Positions 1 through 8,470 of a stretch of DNA of 32,000 nt are shown one piece after another. The stretch comes from Xanthomonas campestris pv. campestris str. ATCC 33913 (GTDB taxonomy: Bacteria; Pseudomonadota; Gammaproteobacteria; Xanthomonadales; Xanthomonadaceae), in assembly GCF_000007145.1 (NCBI RefSeq), contig NC_003902.1, positions 2,816,497-2,848,496 on the forward strand, read 5' to 3'. The first letter of the stretch is position 1. Every line of letters begins with the position of its first letter. Made by a program: the position numbers and the translations under genes. The notes under the pieces were generated by a model. The model saw only the letters and a list, made by a program, of their open reading frames with translations, ran no database searches and was not told where the DNA came from.

Positions 1-73
1 GGGCCTGGACGCGGCGCTCTTCCCACATCAGGTGCTTGGTGGGTGCGGTCAGATGGAACACATGCGGAATCAT
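1..73 (-). CDS. 5' end of an unidentified CDS running off the left edge (partial)
   Basis: Reverse complement of 1-73 reads ATG ATT CCG CAT GTG TTC CAT CTG ..., giving MIPHVFHLTAPTKHLMWEERRVQA with no stop. There is an in-frame stop upstream at 104-106 and an alternative GTG at 85. An AT-rich putative promoter region lies at about 140-200. The fragment is too short for the ORF track and the product is not recognisable. Confidence 0.3.
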   Translation of the reverse strand, partial: MIPHVFHLTAPTKHLMWEERRVQA

Positions 74-248
74 GTGGGCTCTCACGAGTGGGGGGCGCTG
101 CCCTCACATCAGCCCGGATCACCTCGGGCCACAGAGTCAGCCCGAGTGATTTTAATCACATCCATAGTGTGACGAAGTTATCTTTTATAAAGATCGCAAC
201 GCCGCTTCGCGTTGGTGCTGAATCGGTCAGGCCGCAGTTACTTACGGG

Positions 249-1634
249 TCATTCCCAACACCGATCCGCCCGCCCCTTGAGCGTGGCACTGCGCGGGCAA
301 TCGCGTGGCGCAATCCGGCCCGCCTCGTGCTCGATCAACTGCTTGGACCCATCTGCGCGGCGTTGCAGCTCGAACGCATCGTAGAGGCGTCCGGTCGCCG
401 TGCGCGACTCGTAGACGAGCTTCTGTTGATCGATGCGCAGCACCTGATACAGCTGGGTGTCTTCGCCCACCGGGCGCATGGTCTTGCGCGCCATGTCCGA
501 GAGCCGGTACTGCTTGGGGCCGGCTACCGACACCACGAACACCGGCGTTGGCTGGCCGCCGTCATCGCCGCGACGGCCGTAGGTATGGTCGTGGCCCTGC
601 AGCACCAGATCGACCTTATGGCGGCGGATCACCGGCAACACTTGCTCGACCAGCTTTTGGTTCTCGCGGTCGGCACGCGGCGAAAAGAACGGCTGATGGA
701 TCAGCACGATCGACCACGGATGCGGGTTGTCGGCGAGCACGCCATCCAGCCACTGCGCCTGTGCCTGCCCGGTGCCCAGATCCAGCGCCGAGGTGCCGTC
801 GAGCACTGCGATGCGCACGCCCTGGTAATCGAACCAGTAACTGGTGCGCGCGGTGGCGGCCGGGCCGTTGCGCGGCAGCGCGAAGGTCACCGGCCAATGG
901 CCGCCCAGGGTGCGGGTGGCCTGCGGGGTGTCTTCGGCGTCTTCGTGATATTCGTGATTGCCCGGTGCTGGCGCCACCGCGGTGCCTTCCAGCAACCAGC
1001 GGCCGGCTTCGAACCATTCGGCCCACTCGTTATCGTCCTGGCCGTCCTTGCCGCTGACCAGATCGCCGGCGAACAGCGCCAGCCGCGCCTCCGGTGCCGA
1101 GCGCCAGGCCTGACGAATCAACCGCGACACCAGGCTGAGATTCTTGTTCTGCGTATCGCCGAAATACAACAGTGTCAGCGGGGTGCCGGGCGTGGCTGCG
1201 GTACGGAAGTGATTCCACGCGCCCCAGGTGCCGTGGCCCTGCACGCGATAGGCGTAGAGCGTGTCCGGCGTGAGTCCGTCGATGTCGGCGCGGTGATGAT
1301 GCGAGGCGCCGTTTTCCGAGCTCAAGGTCGCGGTCGTGGCCTGGATGCGCCGCGGCGTGCCCACATCCGGCGAATCGCCGGCTACCACCAGTTCCAGCCA
1401 GGGCGCAGTGACGCTGGCATCGGTGCGCCAGGCCACTGCGAAGCCTCGCGCGGCATCCTGCGCCGGGGTGGCGACGATCCGGTCCGGGAAGCCATCGGCC
1501 ACATAGTGCGTGGAGCCCAGCGGCACCTGCGTGTTCGGCTCGGCCGCCTTGTCGGCAGCCACGGCGGGCACGCAGGCGAGCGCCAGCAACGCCAGCACGG
1601 CGCGTAACGAATGCTGCTTCAACGACTGCTGCAT
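249..1634 (-). CDS. Secreted calcineurin-like metallophosphoesterase with purple-acid-phosphatase-like N-terminal domain
   Basis: Inner ATG (cat at 1632-1634) of track ORF 249..1907. It gives MQQSLKQHSLRAVLALLALACVPAVAADKA, a Sec signal peptide. The metallophosphoesterase motif series is present: YFGDTQN, FAGDLVSG, GNHEYH, VLIHQP, GHDHTYGRR. The start lies 5 nt downstream of the phytase stop (1640). The 91 upstream codons of the track ORF overlap the phytase gene and are rejected. Confidence 0.85.
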   Translation of the reverse strand: MQQSLKQHSLRAVLALLALACVPAVAADKAAEPNTQVPLGSTHYVADGFPDRIVATPAQDAARGFAVAWRTDASVTAPWLELVVAGDSPDVGTPRRIQATTATLSSENGASHHHRADIDGLTPDTLYAYRVQGHGTWGAWNHFRTAATPGTPLTLLYFGDTQNKNLSLVSRLIRQAWRSAPEARLALFAGDLVSGKDGQDDNEWAEWFEAGRWLLEGTAVAPAPGNHEYHEDAEDTPQATRTLGGHWPVTFALPRNGPAATARTSYWFDYQGVRIAVLDGTSALDLGTGQAQAQWLDGVLADNPHPWSIVLIHQPFFSPRADRENQKLVEQVLPVIRRHKVDLVLQGHDHTYGRRGDDGGQPTPVFVVSVAGPKQYRLSDMARKTMRPVGEDTQLYQVLRIDQQKLVYESRTATGRLYDAFELQRRADGSKQLIEHEAGRIAPRDCPRSATLKGRADRCWE

Positions 1635-1639
1635 CACTG

Positions 1640-2761
1640 TCACAGTGCGCAGTCCTTCAAGCGCAACGTGCGCGCGATGTCGCGCCAATCGAATGCGGCC
1701 ACGGCCTGGTCGTCGTGCAGCGCGTAGAACACCCCGCCCGGGAAGCGCGCATCGCCATGCTGGTCCAGCCACACGCCATCGGTATTGGCGGTCACCCGCC
1801 CGGCGAACGCGCCGACCGGCGCCAGGCTCTGCCGATCGAACACCTGGAACACGCTGCGGTCCTTGAACTGGTCGGTGGCAATCCAGTAGCCGCTGCCGTC
1901 GGCGCACTGCAGCAAGGTCATGCCTTCGGCCTGCGCCTTGAACAAGCCCGTGCCCACATTGCGGCCGCGATAGCGGCCATCCATGCCGTACTCACGCAAC
2001 TGCGTGCCTACCGCGACATCTTCCTCGGCAATCATCAGGCGCGCGTTGGCCTCGTCGCCAAAGACCGATTCGGCAATGCGCACCGCACCGGCCTCGGTGG
2101 TATCGCCAAAGCTCTGCGTCAGCGTCGCGTTCCAGCCCTGCCCTGTGGTCTGCAGCTGATAGCGGCGGAACCGCTGACCAAGCTCGGCCAGCGGCGGCGG
2201 TGTGTCCTTGTTGGCCGGCGACATGTAGTTATCGCTGACCACCACCTCGTAGCCGCCGTCGTGCTTGCGCACCCACAACCCATACGGTTCGCGCAGTTCG
2301 TCCTGGCCGAAAGCGATCAACGGCGTGAAGTCCGGCAGCGAGAACACCTGCACGCGGCGATTGTCGCGCTCCACCACGAACACCAGATCGTCGACCACCG
2401 AGATCCCGTTGGGACGATCCAGCTTGCCCAGCGCCTTGCCCTTGCCGCCCACCACGCGCAACCGCTTGCCGCTGTCGCCATCGAACACCACCAGCGCATG
2501 CGTGGCCTTGGCGGTGGCGATCAGCCAGCGGCTACCATCCGGCGCAATCCAGCTGGCCGGCGAATCCAGGTTGTCGGCGGGCGTCAGCGCCGTGATGAAG
2601 GCCTCCGGCACCACCTGATGCGCGACCTTGGACTCGCTGAGCAAAGGGTCTTGCAGCAGCGCTTCGTCGGCTTCACGGTCGGCTGGCGCGCTGGCGCAAC
2701 CGGCCAACGCCGCCGCGGCGGCGAGCACTGTGGTCTGCAGGATGTGGCGCGCGGCCATCAC
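1640..2761 (-). CDS. phyA: Beta-propeller phytase (3-phytase), predicted lipoprotein
   Basis: 373-aa ORF. Blocks align by eye to Bacillus beta-propeller phytase: MIAEEDVAVG vs YIAEEDEAIW, AEGMTLLQCADGSGYWIATDQ vs [21 protein letters not shown], and TDGVWL vs TDGIDV. The N-terminus MMAARHILQTTVLAAAAALAGCAS carries a lipobox (LAGC). The first codon is GTG at 2761 and ATG follows at 2758; both overlap the receptor stop (2758-2760). The symbol follows my recollection of the 373-aa X. oryzae phytase and is not verified. Confidence 0.88.
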   Translation of the reverse strand: MMAARHILQTTVLAAAAALAGCASAPADREADEALLQDPLLSESKVAHQVVPEAFITALTPADNLDSPASWIAPDGSRWLIATAKATHALVVFDGDSGKRLRVVGGKGKALGKLDRPNGISVVDDLVFVVERDNRRVQVFSLPDFTPLIAFGQDELREPYGLWVRKHDGGYEVVVSDNYMSPANKDTPPPLAELGQRFRRYQLQTTGQGWNATLTQSFGDTTEAGAVRIAESVFGDEANARLMIAEEDVAVGTQLREYGMDGRYRGRNVGTGLFKAQAEGMTLLQCADGSGYWIATDQFKDRSVFQVFDRQSLAPVGAFAGRVTANTDGVWLDQHGDARFPGGVFYALHDDQAVAAFDWRDIARTLRLKDCAL

Positions 2762-5319
2762 AGCGCCACCTTCAGGCCGAGCGCATAGGTGCGGCCGTAC
2801 TCTTCGTTCTGCAGCGTGCGCGAAGGCACGCCCTGGTACAGCTCCAACGGCTCGTCGAGCAGGTTCTGCGCTTCCAGATACAGGCTGACGTGGCTGTTGA
2901 ACTGATAGCTCATGCTGACATCCAGTTGGGTGTGTGGCGCGACGTAGATATCGTACGCGCGGCTCTGGCCGATGGTGTCCAGGTACTCGCTGCGATACAC
3001 GGCCGCCACGCGCGCACTAAAGCCATACTTTTCATAGCCCAGATGGCCGCTGTAGATGCGCTTGGACGAGCGCGGCAGCATGAAGTCGTCGCCGGCGCGA
3101 TTGCTCAGGCCCGGGTCGAAGTCGCTGTCCAGGGCGGTGGCGCTGGCGCCAACCAACAAGCCGTTCCAGCCTTCGGGCAGGAAGTCCAGCGTCTGCTGCC
3201 AGTTGAACTCGGCGCCGCGCACCTTGGCGGTGTCGCCATTGATCGAGCGCGTCACCTGCAGGCCCGGGAATTCGGCATCGGTGGTGCTGAGGGTCTGCAC
3301 GATGTAATCGTCGATCGACTTGTTGAACACCCCCAGCGACACCAGCCCGGTGCTGCCGATGTATTTTTCGAACGACAGGTCCAGATTGGTGGAGCGATAC
3401 GGGTTGAGGTCCGGGTTGCCGATGCTCACTTCTTCATCGCCGCGGTTGATGCTCACGCGCGGCGACACATCGCCGAACGACGGGCGCGACAGGGTCTTGT
3501 TGGCTGCAAAGCGCAGCACCCAATCGTTGCCGCTGTCGTAGCGCAGGTGCAGGCCCGGCAACACATTGGTGTAGCTGCTGGACGCCTCGCGCGGCGTGAC
3601 CGTGGCGGTGCGGCCGTTTTCGGCCACGTCCACCTGGTTGCCGATGGCGTTGAACTGCGTGTTTTCCACGCGGACACCGGCAATCATGCGCAGCGCACCG
3701 ATGTCCCAGGTGCCCATGGCATAGGTGGCGAAGACGTCTTCGGTGGCGGTGTAGTCGTCCTGCAGCGAGACCTGCTGGTTGCCGCCCACGTCCTGCGGAC
3801 GAGCGCTGTACAACCCACCCGACGCGCGCCAGTAGCGACGCATGCCGTCCGAGCCGATGCTTTCGCCCAGCGTGCCGCCGCGGTGCTCCGGTGCGGCGGT
3901 GGTCCAGCTGCTCAGATCGATCGCCGGGCCACGCCGCAGCTCCTGTTCGTTGACGTCGACATCGCGCTCGCGCCAGCGACCGAGCACACCCATCTTCAGG
4001 CTGGAATGTTCGCCGTCGAAGCGCACATTGACCTGCGCGCTGTGCTCGCTGTCGTCCACCGTCTTGGGCGACACGACAAAGCGGTCGAACACGAAGTCCT
4101 GGTTGCTCTGCCATCCGTTGTCAGAGAACCCCAGCCGCGGGATGCCGCTGCGCTGGTCCACGGTGGCCGACAGGTCGTCGCCGTCGTAGTTGAAGCGCGC
4201 TTCCATTTCGTCGTTTACGCGTTCGGTGGTCTTGGTGTAGCCCACCTTGTAGTCCACCGTTGCAGCGCTCAGGCGGTTTTCACCACCGACGCTGATCGCC
4301 GTGTTGTCTTCCTTCTTGGTGCGGTAGCGCACCCGCTTGGAGATGCTATCCGCCGGCAGGTCGGCCACGTCGTAAGTGCCATCGCCGTTGGCGCTGACCT
4401 GCCCATCGGCCAGGCCGAAGATGGTGCGCTGACGTGTTTCGGCATCGTCGAAACGGCTGTACAACGAGCGCAGGTAGTAGCGGTTGTCGGCGTCCGGGCG
4501 CCAGTCCAGATTGAGGTTGGCGCCCATGCGGGTGCGCTCGATGAAGTACTTGCGGCGCTGCACTTCGCCGGCGAACAAGTCATCGGCAGCGCCACCGTCG
4601 AAGCTGTCGTAGGCCACTTCGGTGTTGTCGGATTCAAACTCGCGGTCCTGATAGTTCACACCCACCGCCACGCCGAAGGTGCCGTTGTAGATGTCGCTGT
4701 AATTGAACGCGCCCTTGGGGCTGGTCTTGCCCGACAGCGACTGGTGGCTGCCTTCGATCGACCCGCGCAGGGTGCGCCCGTCGCGATCGAACGCCGAGGT
4801 GGATTCCACCTGGATGGCGCCGCCGATCGAATCGCCCGGCATGTCCGGCGTGGGCGACTTCACGACCTTCAAGCGCTCGGTGGAATCGGACGGAATCACG
4901 TCCAGCGGCGCCGAGCGTGTACCGTCTTCCGGCGTGCCCATGCTCATGCCGTCGATGGTCACGCTGTTGAGCGACGAATCCAGGCCGCGGATCACCACAA
5001 AGCGCCCCTCTCCCTGGTCGCGGGTGACGCTGACACCGGGCAGGCGCTGCAAGGATTCTGCAACATTCTTGTCGGGGTAGCGGCCCATCGCATCGGACGC
5101 CACCGCATCCTGGATCGCATCGGAAGCACGCTTGAGATCGACTGCGCGCTCCTGCGCTTCCAGCTGCGGCCGCACTTCCAGCCGCTCCAGGTCGATTGCC
5201 GCCGCGCCGCTGGCTGCACCGGTCACGACCGCCTCTTCTGCCGCCTGTGCCAGCGGGCTCCACGCGACCGAAGCCAACGTCAGCGTGATCGCCATGCAGA
5301 GCGGAGTCTTGTTCAACAC
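2758..5319 (-). CDS. TonB-dependent outer-membrane receptor
   Basis: 853-aa ORF. Signal peptide MLNKTPLCMAITLTLASVAWSPLAQA/AEE. Plug-domain motifs are present (LPGVSVTRDQGEGRFVVIRGL, NSVTIDGMSMG). The beta-barrel C-terminus ends ...YALGLKVAL. GTG start at 5319 is preceded by GGGGAAG about 5 nt upstream; an alternative ATG is at 5295. Confidence 0.92.
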   Translation of the reverse strand: MLNKTPLCMAITLTLASVAWSPLAQAAEEAVVTGAASGAAAIDLERLEVRPQLEAQERAVDLKRASDAIQDAVASDAMGRYPDKNVAESLQRLPGVSVTRDQGEGRFVVIRGLDSSLNSVTIDGMSMGTPEDGTRSAPLDVIPSDSTERLKVVKSPTPDMPGDSIGGAIQVESTSAFDRDGRTLRGSIEGSHQSLSGKTSPKGAFNYSDIYNGTFGVAVGVNYQDREFESDNTEVAYDSFDGGAADDLFAGEVQRRKYFIERTRMGANLNLDWRPDADNRYYLRSLYSRFDDAETRQRTIFGLADGQVSANGDGTYDVADLPADSISKRVRYRTKKEDNTAISVGGENRLSAATVDYKVGYTKTTERVNDEMEARFNYDGDDLSATVDQRSGIPRLGFSDNGWQSNQDFVFDRFVVSPKTVDDSEHSAQVNVRFDGEHSSLKMGVLGRWRERDVDVNEQELRRGPAIDLSSWTTAAPEHRGGTLGESIGSDGMRRYWRASGGLYSARPQDVGGNQQVSLQDDYTATEDVFATYAMGTWDIGALRMIAGVRVENTQFNAIGNQVDVAENGRTATVTPREASSSYTNVLPGLHLRYDSGNDWVLRFAANKTLSRPSFGDVSPRVSINRGDEEVSIGNPDLNPYRSTNLDLSFEKYIGSTGLVSLGVFNKSIDDYIVQTLSTTDAEFPGLQVTRSINGDTAKVRGAEFNWQQTLDFLPEGWNGLLVGASATALDSDFDPGLSNRAGDDFMLPRSSKRIYSGHLGYEKYGFSARVAAVYRSEYLDTIGQSRAYDIYVAPHTQLDVSMSYQFNSHVSLYLEAQNLLDEPLELYQGVPSRTLQNEEYGRTYALGLKVAL

Positions 5320-5470
5320 GAGTGCTTCCCCAATCGGTTAAGAATGGGTGTGCACACTATGTCTGCGACGTTTCACCGACATGACATATGCGAGCACCAT
5401 CACAGGCCCTGTGTGGCGACGCTGCGGCCGGCTGCGGCACACTGTGGGCCTCTCCCGCATGCTGCCGCCC

Positions 5471-6103
5471 ATGAAAATCGTCGAAGTCCGTCACCCCCTG
5501 GTCCAGCACAAGATCGGCCTGCTGCGTGACGCAGCGTTGAGCACCAAGGGCTTCCGCGAACTGGTGACCGAGCTGGGCACCCTGCTGGCCTACGAGGCCA
5601 CGGCCAATCTGGACACCGAATCGCACGTGCAGCCGGGCTGGGCCGGGCCGGTGGAAGTGCAACGCATCGCCGGCGCCAAGATCACCCTGGTACCAATCCT
5701 GCGCGCCGGCTTGGGGATGTTGCCGGGCGTGCTGGCACTGATTCCCGCCGCGCGCGTCAGCGTGGTCGGCCTGCAGCGCGATGAAGAAACCCTGCAACCG
5801 GTGCCGTATTTCGAGCGCCTCACCGGCCGCCTGGAAGAACGCGATGCGCTGATCCTGGACCCGATGCTGGCCACCGGCGGCACGCTGATCGCCACCATCG
5901 ACATGCTCAAGCGCGCTGGCGCACGGCGCATCAAGGGCATCTTCCTGGTCGCCGCACCCGAAGGGCTGAAAGCGCTGGAAGCGGTACACCCGGACGTGGA
6001 AGTCTATACCGCCGCCATCGACGATCACCTCAACGAAAAAGGCTACATCCTGCCCGGCCTGGGCGATGCCGGCGACCGGATCTTCGGCACGCGGGTGGAG
6101 TGA
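5471..6103 (+). CDS. upp: Uracil phosphoribosyltransferase
   Basis: Inner ATG at 5471 gives 210 aa beginning [20 protein letters not shown]. Nearly every block is collinear with E. coli Upp: [41 protein letters not shown]. The 41 upstream codons of the track ORF are non-homologous. Confidence 0.97.
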   Translation: MKIVEVRHPLVQHKIGLLRDAALSTKGFRELVTELGTLLAYEATANLDTESHVQPGWAGPVEVQRIAGAKITLVPILRAGLGMLPGVLALIPAARVSVVGLQRDEETLQPVPYFERLTGRLEERDALILDPMLATGGTLIATIDMLKRAGARRIKGIFLVAAPEGLKALEAVHPDVEVYTAAIDDHLNEKGYILPGLGDAGDRIFGTRVE

Positions 6104-6230
6104 GCTTTCCAGCTGAAGTGAGTTTCCCGGCTGAGATGAGCGTCCCAAGCGTCCAGATCAAGAACCGACGCGCGCTGCACTATCCGACCGCGCTGCAACC
6201 GCGCCGATAAGATGAATCGGCGGCTTTAAG

Positions 6231-6252
6231 CCCCTCTCCTACGGGAGAGGGG
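6231..6252. repeat. REP-like GC-rich palindromic element (9-bp stem, tacg loop)
   Basis: cccctctcc-tacg-ggagagggg is a perfect inverted repeat, followed by ttggggtgagggt. It lies in the upp-GH9 intergenic region. This 'ggagagggg ttggggtgaggg' type of element is, from memory, a common intergenic repeat in Xanthomonadaceae. Confidence 0.55.
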
Positions 6253-6375
6253 TTGGGGTGAGGGTACGGCAAGCGATGCTGGCGGCGATTCACTTCTGCC
6301 GACGCGTAGCGACGCGTTTGTCATGTCAGGCATCGGCATTTCGCTGAGGCGCCCCTCATCCGGCGCTATGCGCCA

Positions 6376-6396
6376 CCTTCTCCCGACGGGAGAAGG
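6376..6396. repeat. REP-like GC-rich palindromic element (10-bp stem)
   Basis: ccttctcccg-a-cgggagaagg is a perfect inverted repeat. Its pyrimidine/purine stem design is related to the element at 6231-6252, and it sits in the same intergenic region. Confidence 0.55.
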
Positions 6397-6414
6397 AAAA
6401 ACCGCGTCGACGCG
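6397..6414 (-). terminator. Possible intrinsic terminator of the GH9 gene
   Basis: On the minus strand, 12 nt after the GH9 stop, the sequence reads CGCGTCGACGCG (12-nt palindrome, 6403-6414), then G, then TTTTT (6401-6397). The stem is short, so the call is weak. Confidence 0.3.
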
Positions 6415-6426
6415 CTGAAGCCTGCC

Positions 6427-8187
6427 TCAGCGGGTCGACGCCTCGATCGCAGCACTTACATACACCAGCGGCGCATTCCAGTTGATCGCTACCTCGTTTG
6501 TCGCGTAGCTGCAGGTGTTGTCCAGATACGACAGCGCGGCCAGCTTGGACGGATACGCCACCTTGCAGTCTTTCGCGTCCTGCTGGCCCGGCTGCGGGCC
6601 ACCGGCCAGCCAGCCCGGCACGGGCGCATCGATGCCGTCGGCTTCGGATGGGCGATGGTGGATATGCATTGGCGTGCGCTGCCCGACCCCGGTGACGAAC
6701 GACAGCCCCAGCGGATTGCGCCCCAGGATGTAGTCCAGCTGCGATTGCGCCGCATCCAGATAACGACGTTGCTGCGTCACCCGGTAGCCCTGCAGCAGCA
6801 TCATGGCCTGATTGAGTACCACCGCATTGCTGCCCCAGACAAAGTCATTATCGGCCATGGCCAAACGCCACGGCGATGCCTGCCACTGGTCGCCCAGGCG
6901 CTGCGCCAGCCCGCTGATTTCGCCTTCGATACGTGCGCGGTCGGCATGCGGCGTGAGCTGGTCACGGTGGGCGGCCAACGACATCCAGGCCAATCCACCC
7001 ACGTTGCTCCACCCCGGCACGCTGGCATGTACGTTGCGCGCCAGCATGGCGTCGTAGAACGCGTCCTCGCGCGTGCTCACATAGAGCTCCGCTGCTGCCC
7101 AGGCAAATTCGTCATCTACGGTGGCGTCGTCGTAGCCGCCGGTACGCACGTCGTCAGGCTGGCGATAGATCACGTTCGGGTGTTGTTGCGCCCACGCCCA
7201 GGCACTACGCGCCGCCTTCAACATGCGCGCCGACGCGCCTGGATACTGCTTGTCGAACGGCGCATACACGCGGCTGGCCGCCGCCATCACCGCGGCGAAA
7301 TCCAGCGTGGCGGCGGTGGCCTTCATCACGACATAGCGCTGCTGCTTGGCCTGGTCCGGCATCACCAGCCCATCGAACTGCTTGTCGGTGAGCTTGTGGT
7401 ACACCCCGCCATCGGCCGGGTCCTGCATGGCCAGCATCCATTCCAGATTCCACCACACTTCCTGCAGGATGCCGGGCACGCCAGGCGCATCGTTGGGAAT
7501 GGTGAGTGCCTGCGCCTTGAACAGCGCCGGGTAGTGCTCATACGCGGCCAGCACGGTGTAGGTGCTGATGCCGGAATTGACGATGTACTTGTTGTAGTCG
7601 CCCGCGTCGTACCACCCCTTGGGCGCGCTGATCACGCTGTTGGCCGGGCGCGTGGCAGACGCCGCCGACGGATGGATGCGCACCTCGGTGTCCGGATGCC
7701 CGGCCGCGCGCGCGTAGCGCCCGGCAAACTGCGCCGGCAACTCGGTACTGGCACGGTTGTAGTAGAACGCCTTCAGCGAGGCATCCACGACCGGCTGGTA
7801 GGCACTCGCTGCAATCGGGAATGCATCCGAGGCCGGCATGCCGGCGATCTTCAACCGATACGTGCCCGGCGTGCGCAGTGCGGAAAAGTCGGCCACGCGT
7901 GCCTGTTGCCCCGCCGGTGCCCAACTGGCCGCCGGCGACAAGCTGCCCTCCAGCACGCGAGCGCCCTTGGCATCCTCCACCGTGAAGCGGTCTGGACCGG
8001 CCGCAGCGGACGCCGGCAAGCCGACCACCGCCAGCTTGGCCGAGCCCGGCAGATAGCCGAGTTGATTGACGTGGATGGTGGCGCCAGCGGCCGGCGTGGT
8101 GCCGGCAGTGCCGGTCGTGTCCGCCGCACAGGCGGCGATGGGCGATGCGATCACCATGGCGGTGAGCAGGGTCTGGAAAATGGTCAT
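6427..8187 (-). CDS. Glycoside hydrolase family 9 endoglucanase with N-terminal Ig-like domain, secreted
   Basis: Inner ATG (cat at 8185-8187) gives MTIFQTLLTAMVIASPIAACAADTT, a signal peptide. GH9 signature blocks are present: WYDAGDYNKYIVNSG, HHRPSEADG, YLDNTCSYATNEVAINWNAPLVY. The 68 upstream codons of track ORF 6427..8391 have no signal-peptide character. Confidence 0.9.
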   Translation of the reverse strand: MTIFQTLLTAMVIASPIAACAADTTGTAGTTPAAGATIHVNQLGYLPGSAKLAVVGLPASAAAGPDRFTVEDAKGARVLEGSLSPAASWAPAGQQARVADFSALRTPGTYRLKIAGMPASDAFPIAASAYQPVVDASLKAFYYNRASTELPAQFAGRYARAAGHPDTEVRIHPSAASATRPANSVISAPKGWYDAGDYNKYIVNSGISTYTVLAAYEHYPALFKAQALTIPNDAPGVPGILQEVWWNLEWMLAMQDPADGGVYHKLTDKQFDGLVMPDQAKQQRYVVMKATAATLDFAAVMAAASRVYAPFDKQYPGASARMLKAARSAWAWAQQHPNVIYRQPDDVRTGGYDDATVDDEFAWAAAELYVSTREDAFYDAMLARNVHASVPGWSNVGGLAWMSLAAHRDQLTPHADRARIEGEISGLAQRLGDQWQASPWRLAMADNDFVWGSNAVVLNQAMMLLQGYRVTQQRRYLDAAQSQLDYILGRNPLGLSFVTGVGQRTPMHIHHRPSEADGIDAPVPGWLAGGPQPGQQDAKDCKVAYPSKLAALSYLDNTCSYATNEVAINWNAPLVYVSAAIEASTR

Positions 8188-8433
8188 GCCACGATGGTCG
8201 CCAAATCGACGCACACCGACAAGTCCAATCCAGACATAGGCCACTGCGCCAAACCGCATTGCTGCTAGCGAAGGTGTGGCGTGCAAGCGCTTGGGCCAGC
8301 GTGGGTCAGTACTGTGTGCAGGCCCACCTGAAACGTTTCGTAGCGCGGCGTTGCTGATCACGTTGCCGCTCAAAGCCGAGCCGCTGAGCAAGATCGCGTA
8401 TCAGCAAAAGCGCGCTCCGTCGAACGCTTCCGT

Positions 8434-8464
8434 CATGCCTGCTCCGGGAAACGGCGCAGGCATG
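8434..8464 (-). terminator. Stem-loop just downstream of ggt (possible terminator or RNA-stabilising hairpin)
   Basis: catgcctgc (8434-8442) pairs with gcaggcatg (8456-8464): a perfect 9-bp stem with a 13-nt loop, starting 7 nt after the ggt stop. No adjacent U-tract, so it is not a canonical intrinsic terminator. Confidence 0.3.
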
Positions 8465-8470
8465 CGGGAC

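Noticed and set aside
197-214. Hairpin caacgc-cgcttc-gcgttg downstream of the phosphoesterase stop, considered as a terminator
   Set aside because: It has only a 6-bp stem, and on the minus strand it is followed by GATCTTTATAAAAG rather than a clean U-tract. This is too weak to call. The adjacent AT-rich stretch more likely serves as the promoter of the partial gene at 1-73.
1635-1907. N-terminal extensions of track ORFs (for example 249..1907, 5348..6103, 6427..8391, 10249..10689, 11786..12586, 23478..26039, 25895..27859)
   Set aside because: In each case an internal ATG yields a canonical signal peptide or the conserved N-terminus of the family. The upstream codons overlap the neighbouring gene or are Arg/Pro-rich nonsense, so the extensions exist only because stop codons are rare in high-GC DNA.
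2890-5529. 879-aa plus-strand ORF covering the whole first TonB-dependent receptor gene
   Set aside because: It is antisense to a CDS with clear receptor homology. Its translation is Ala/Arg/Gly/Val-rich and low-complexity (HAQR, VAAH repeats) with no recognisable domain, which is typical high-GC shadow-ORF behaviour. The same reasoning applies to 327..1607, 1715..2788, 6655..8268, 8276..10288, 10285..11667, 13079..14422 (minus), 17597..19639, 24321..25757, 26123..27598, 27556..28416 and the many shorter overlapping ORFs.
6101-6154. Three degenerate 18-bp tandem units starting at the upp stop codon (tgagctttccagctgaag / tgagtttcccggctgaga / tgagcgtcccaagcgtcc)
   Set aside because: Only about 13/18 identity between units 1 and 2, and less for unit 3. 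There is no extended array and no associated structure, so this is probably chance or a decayed duplication.
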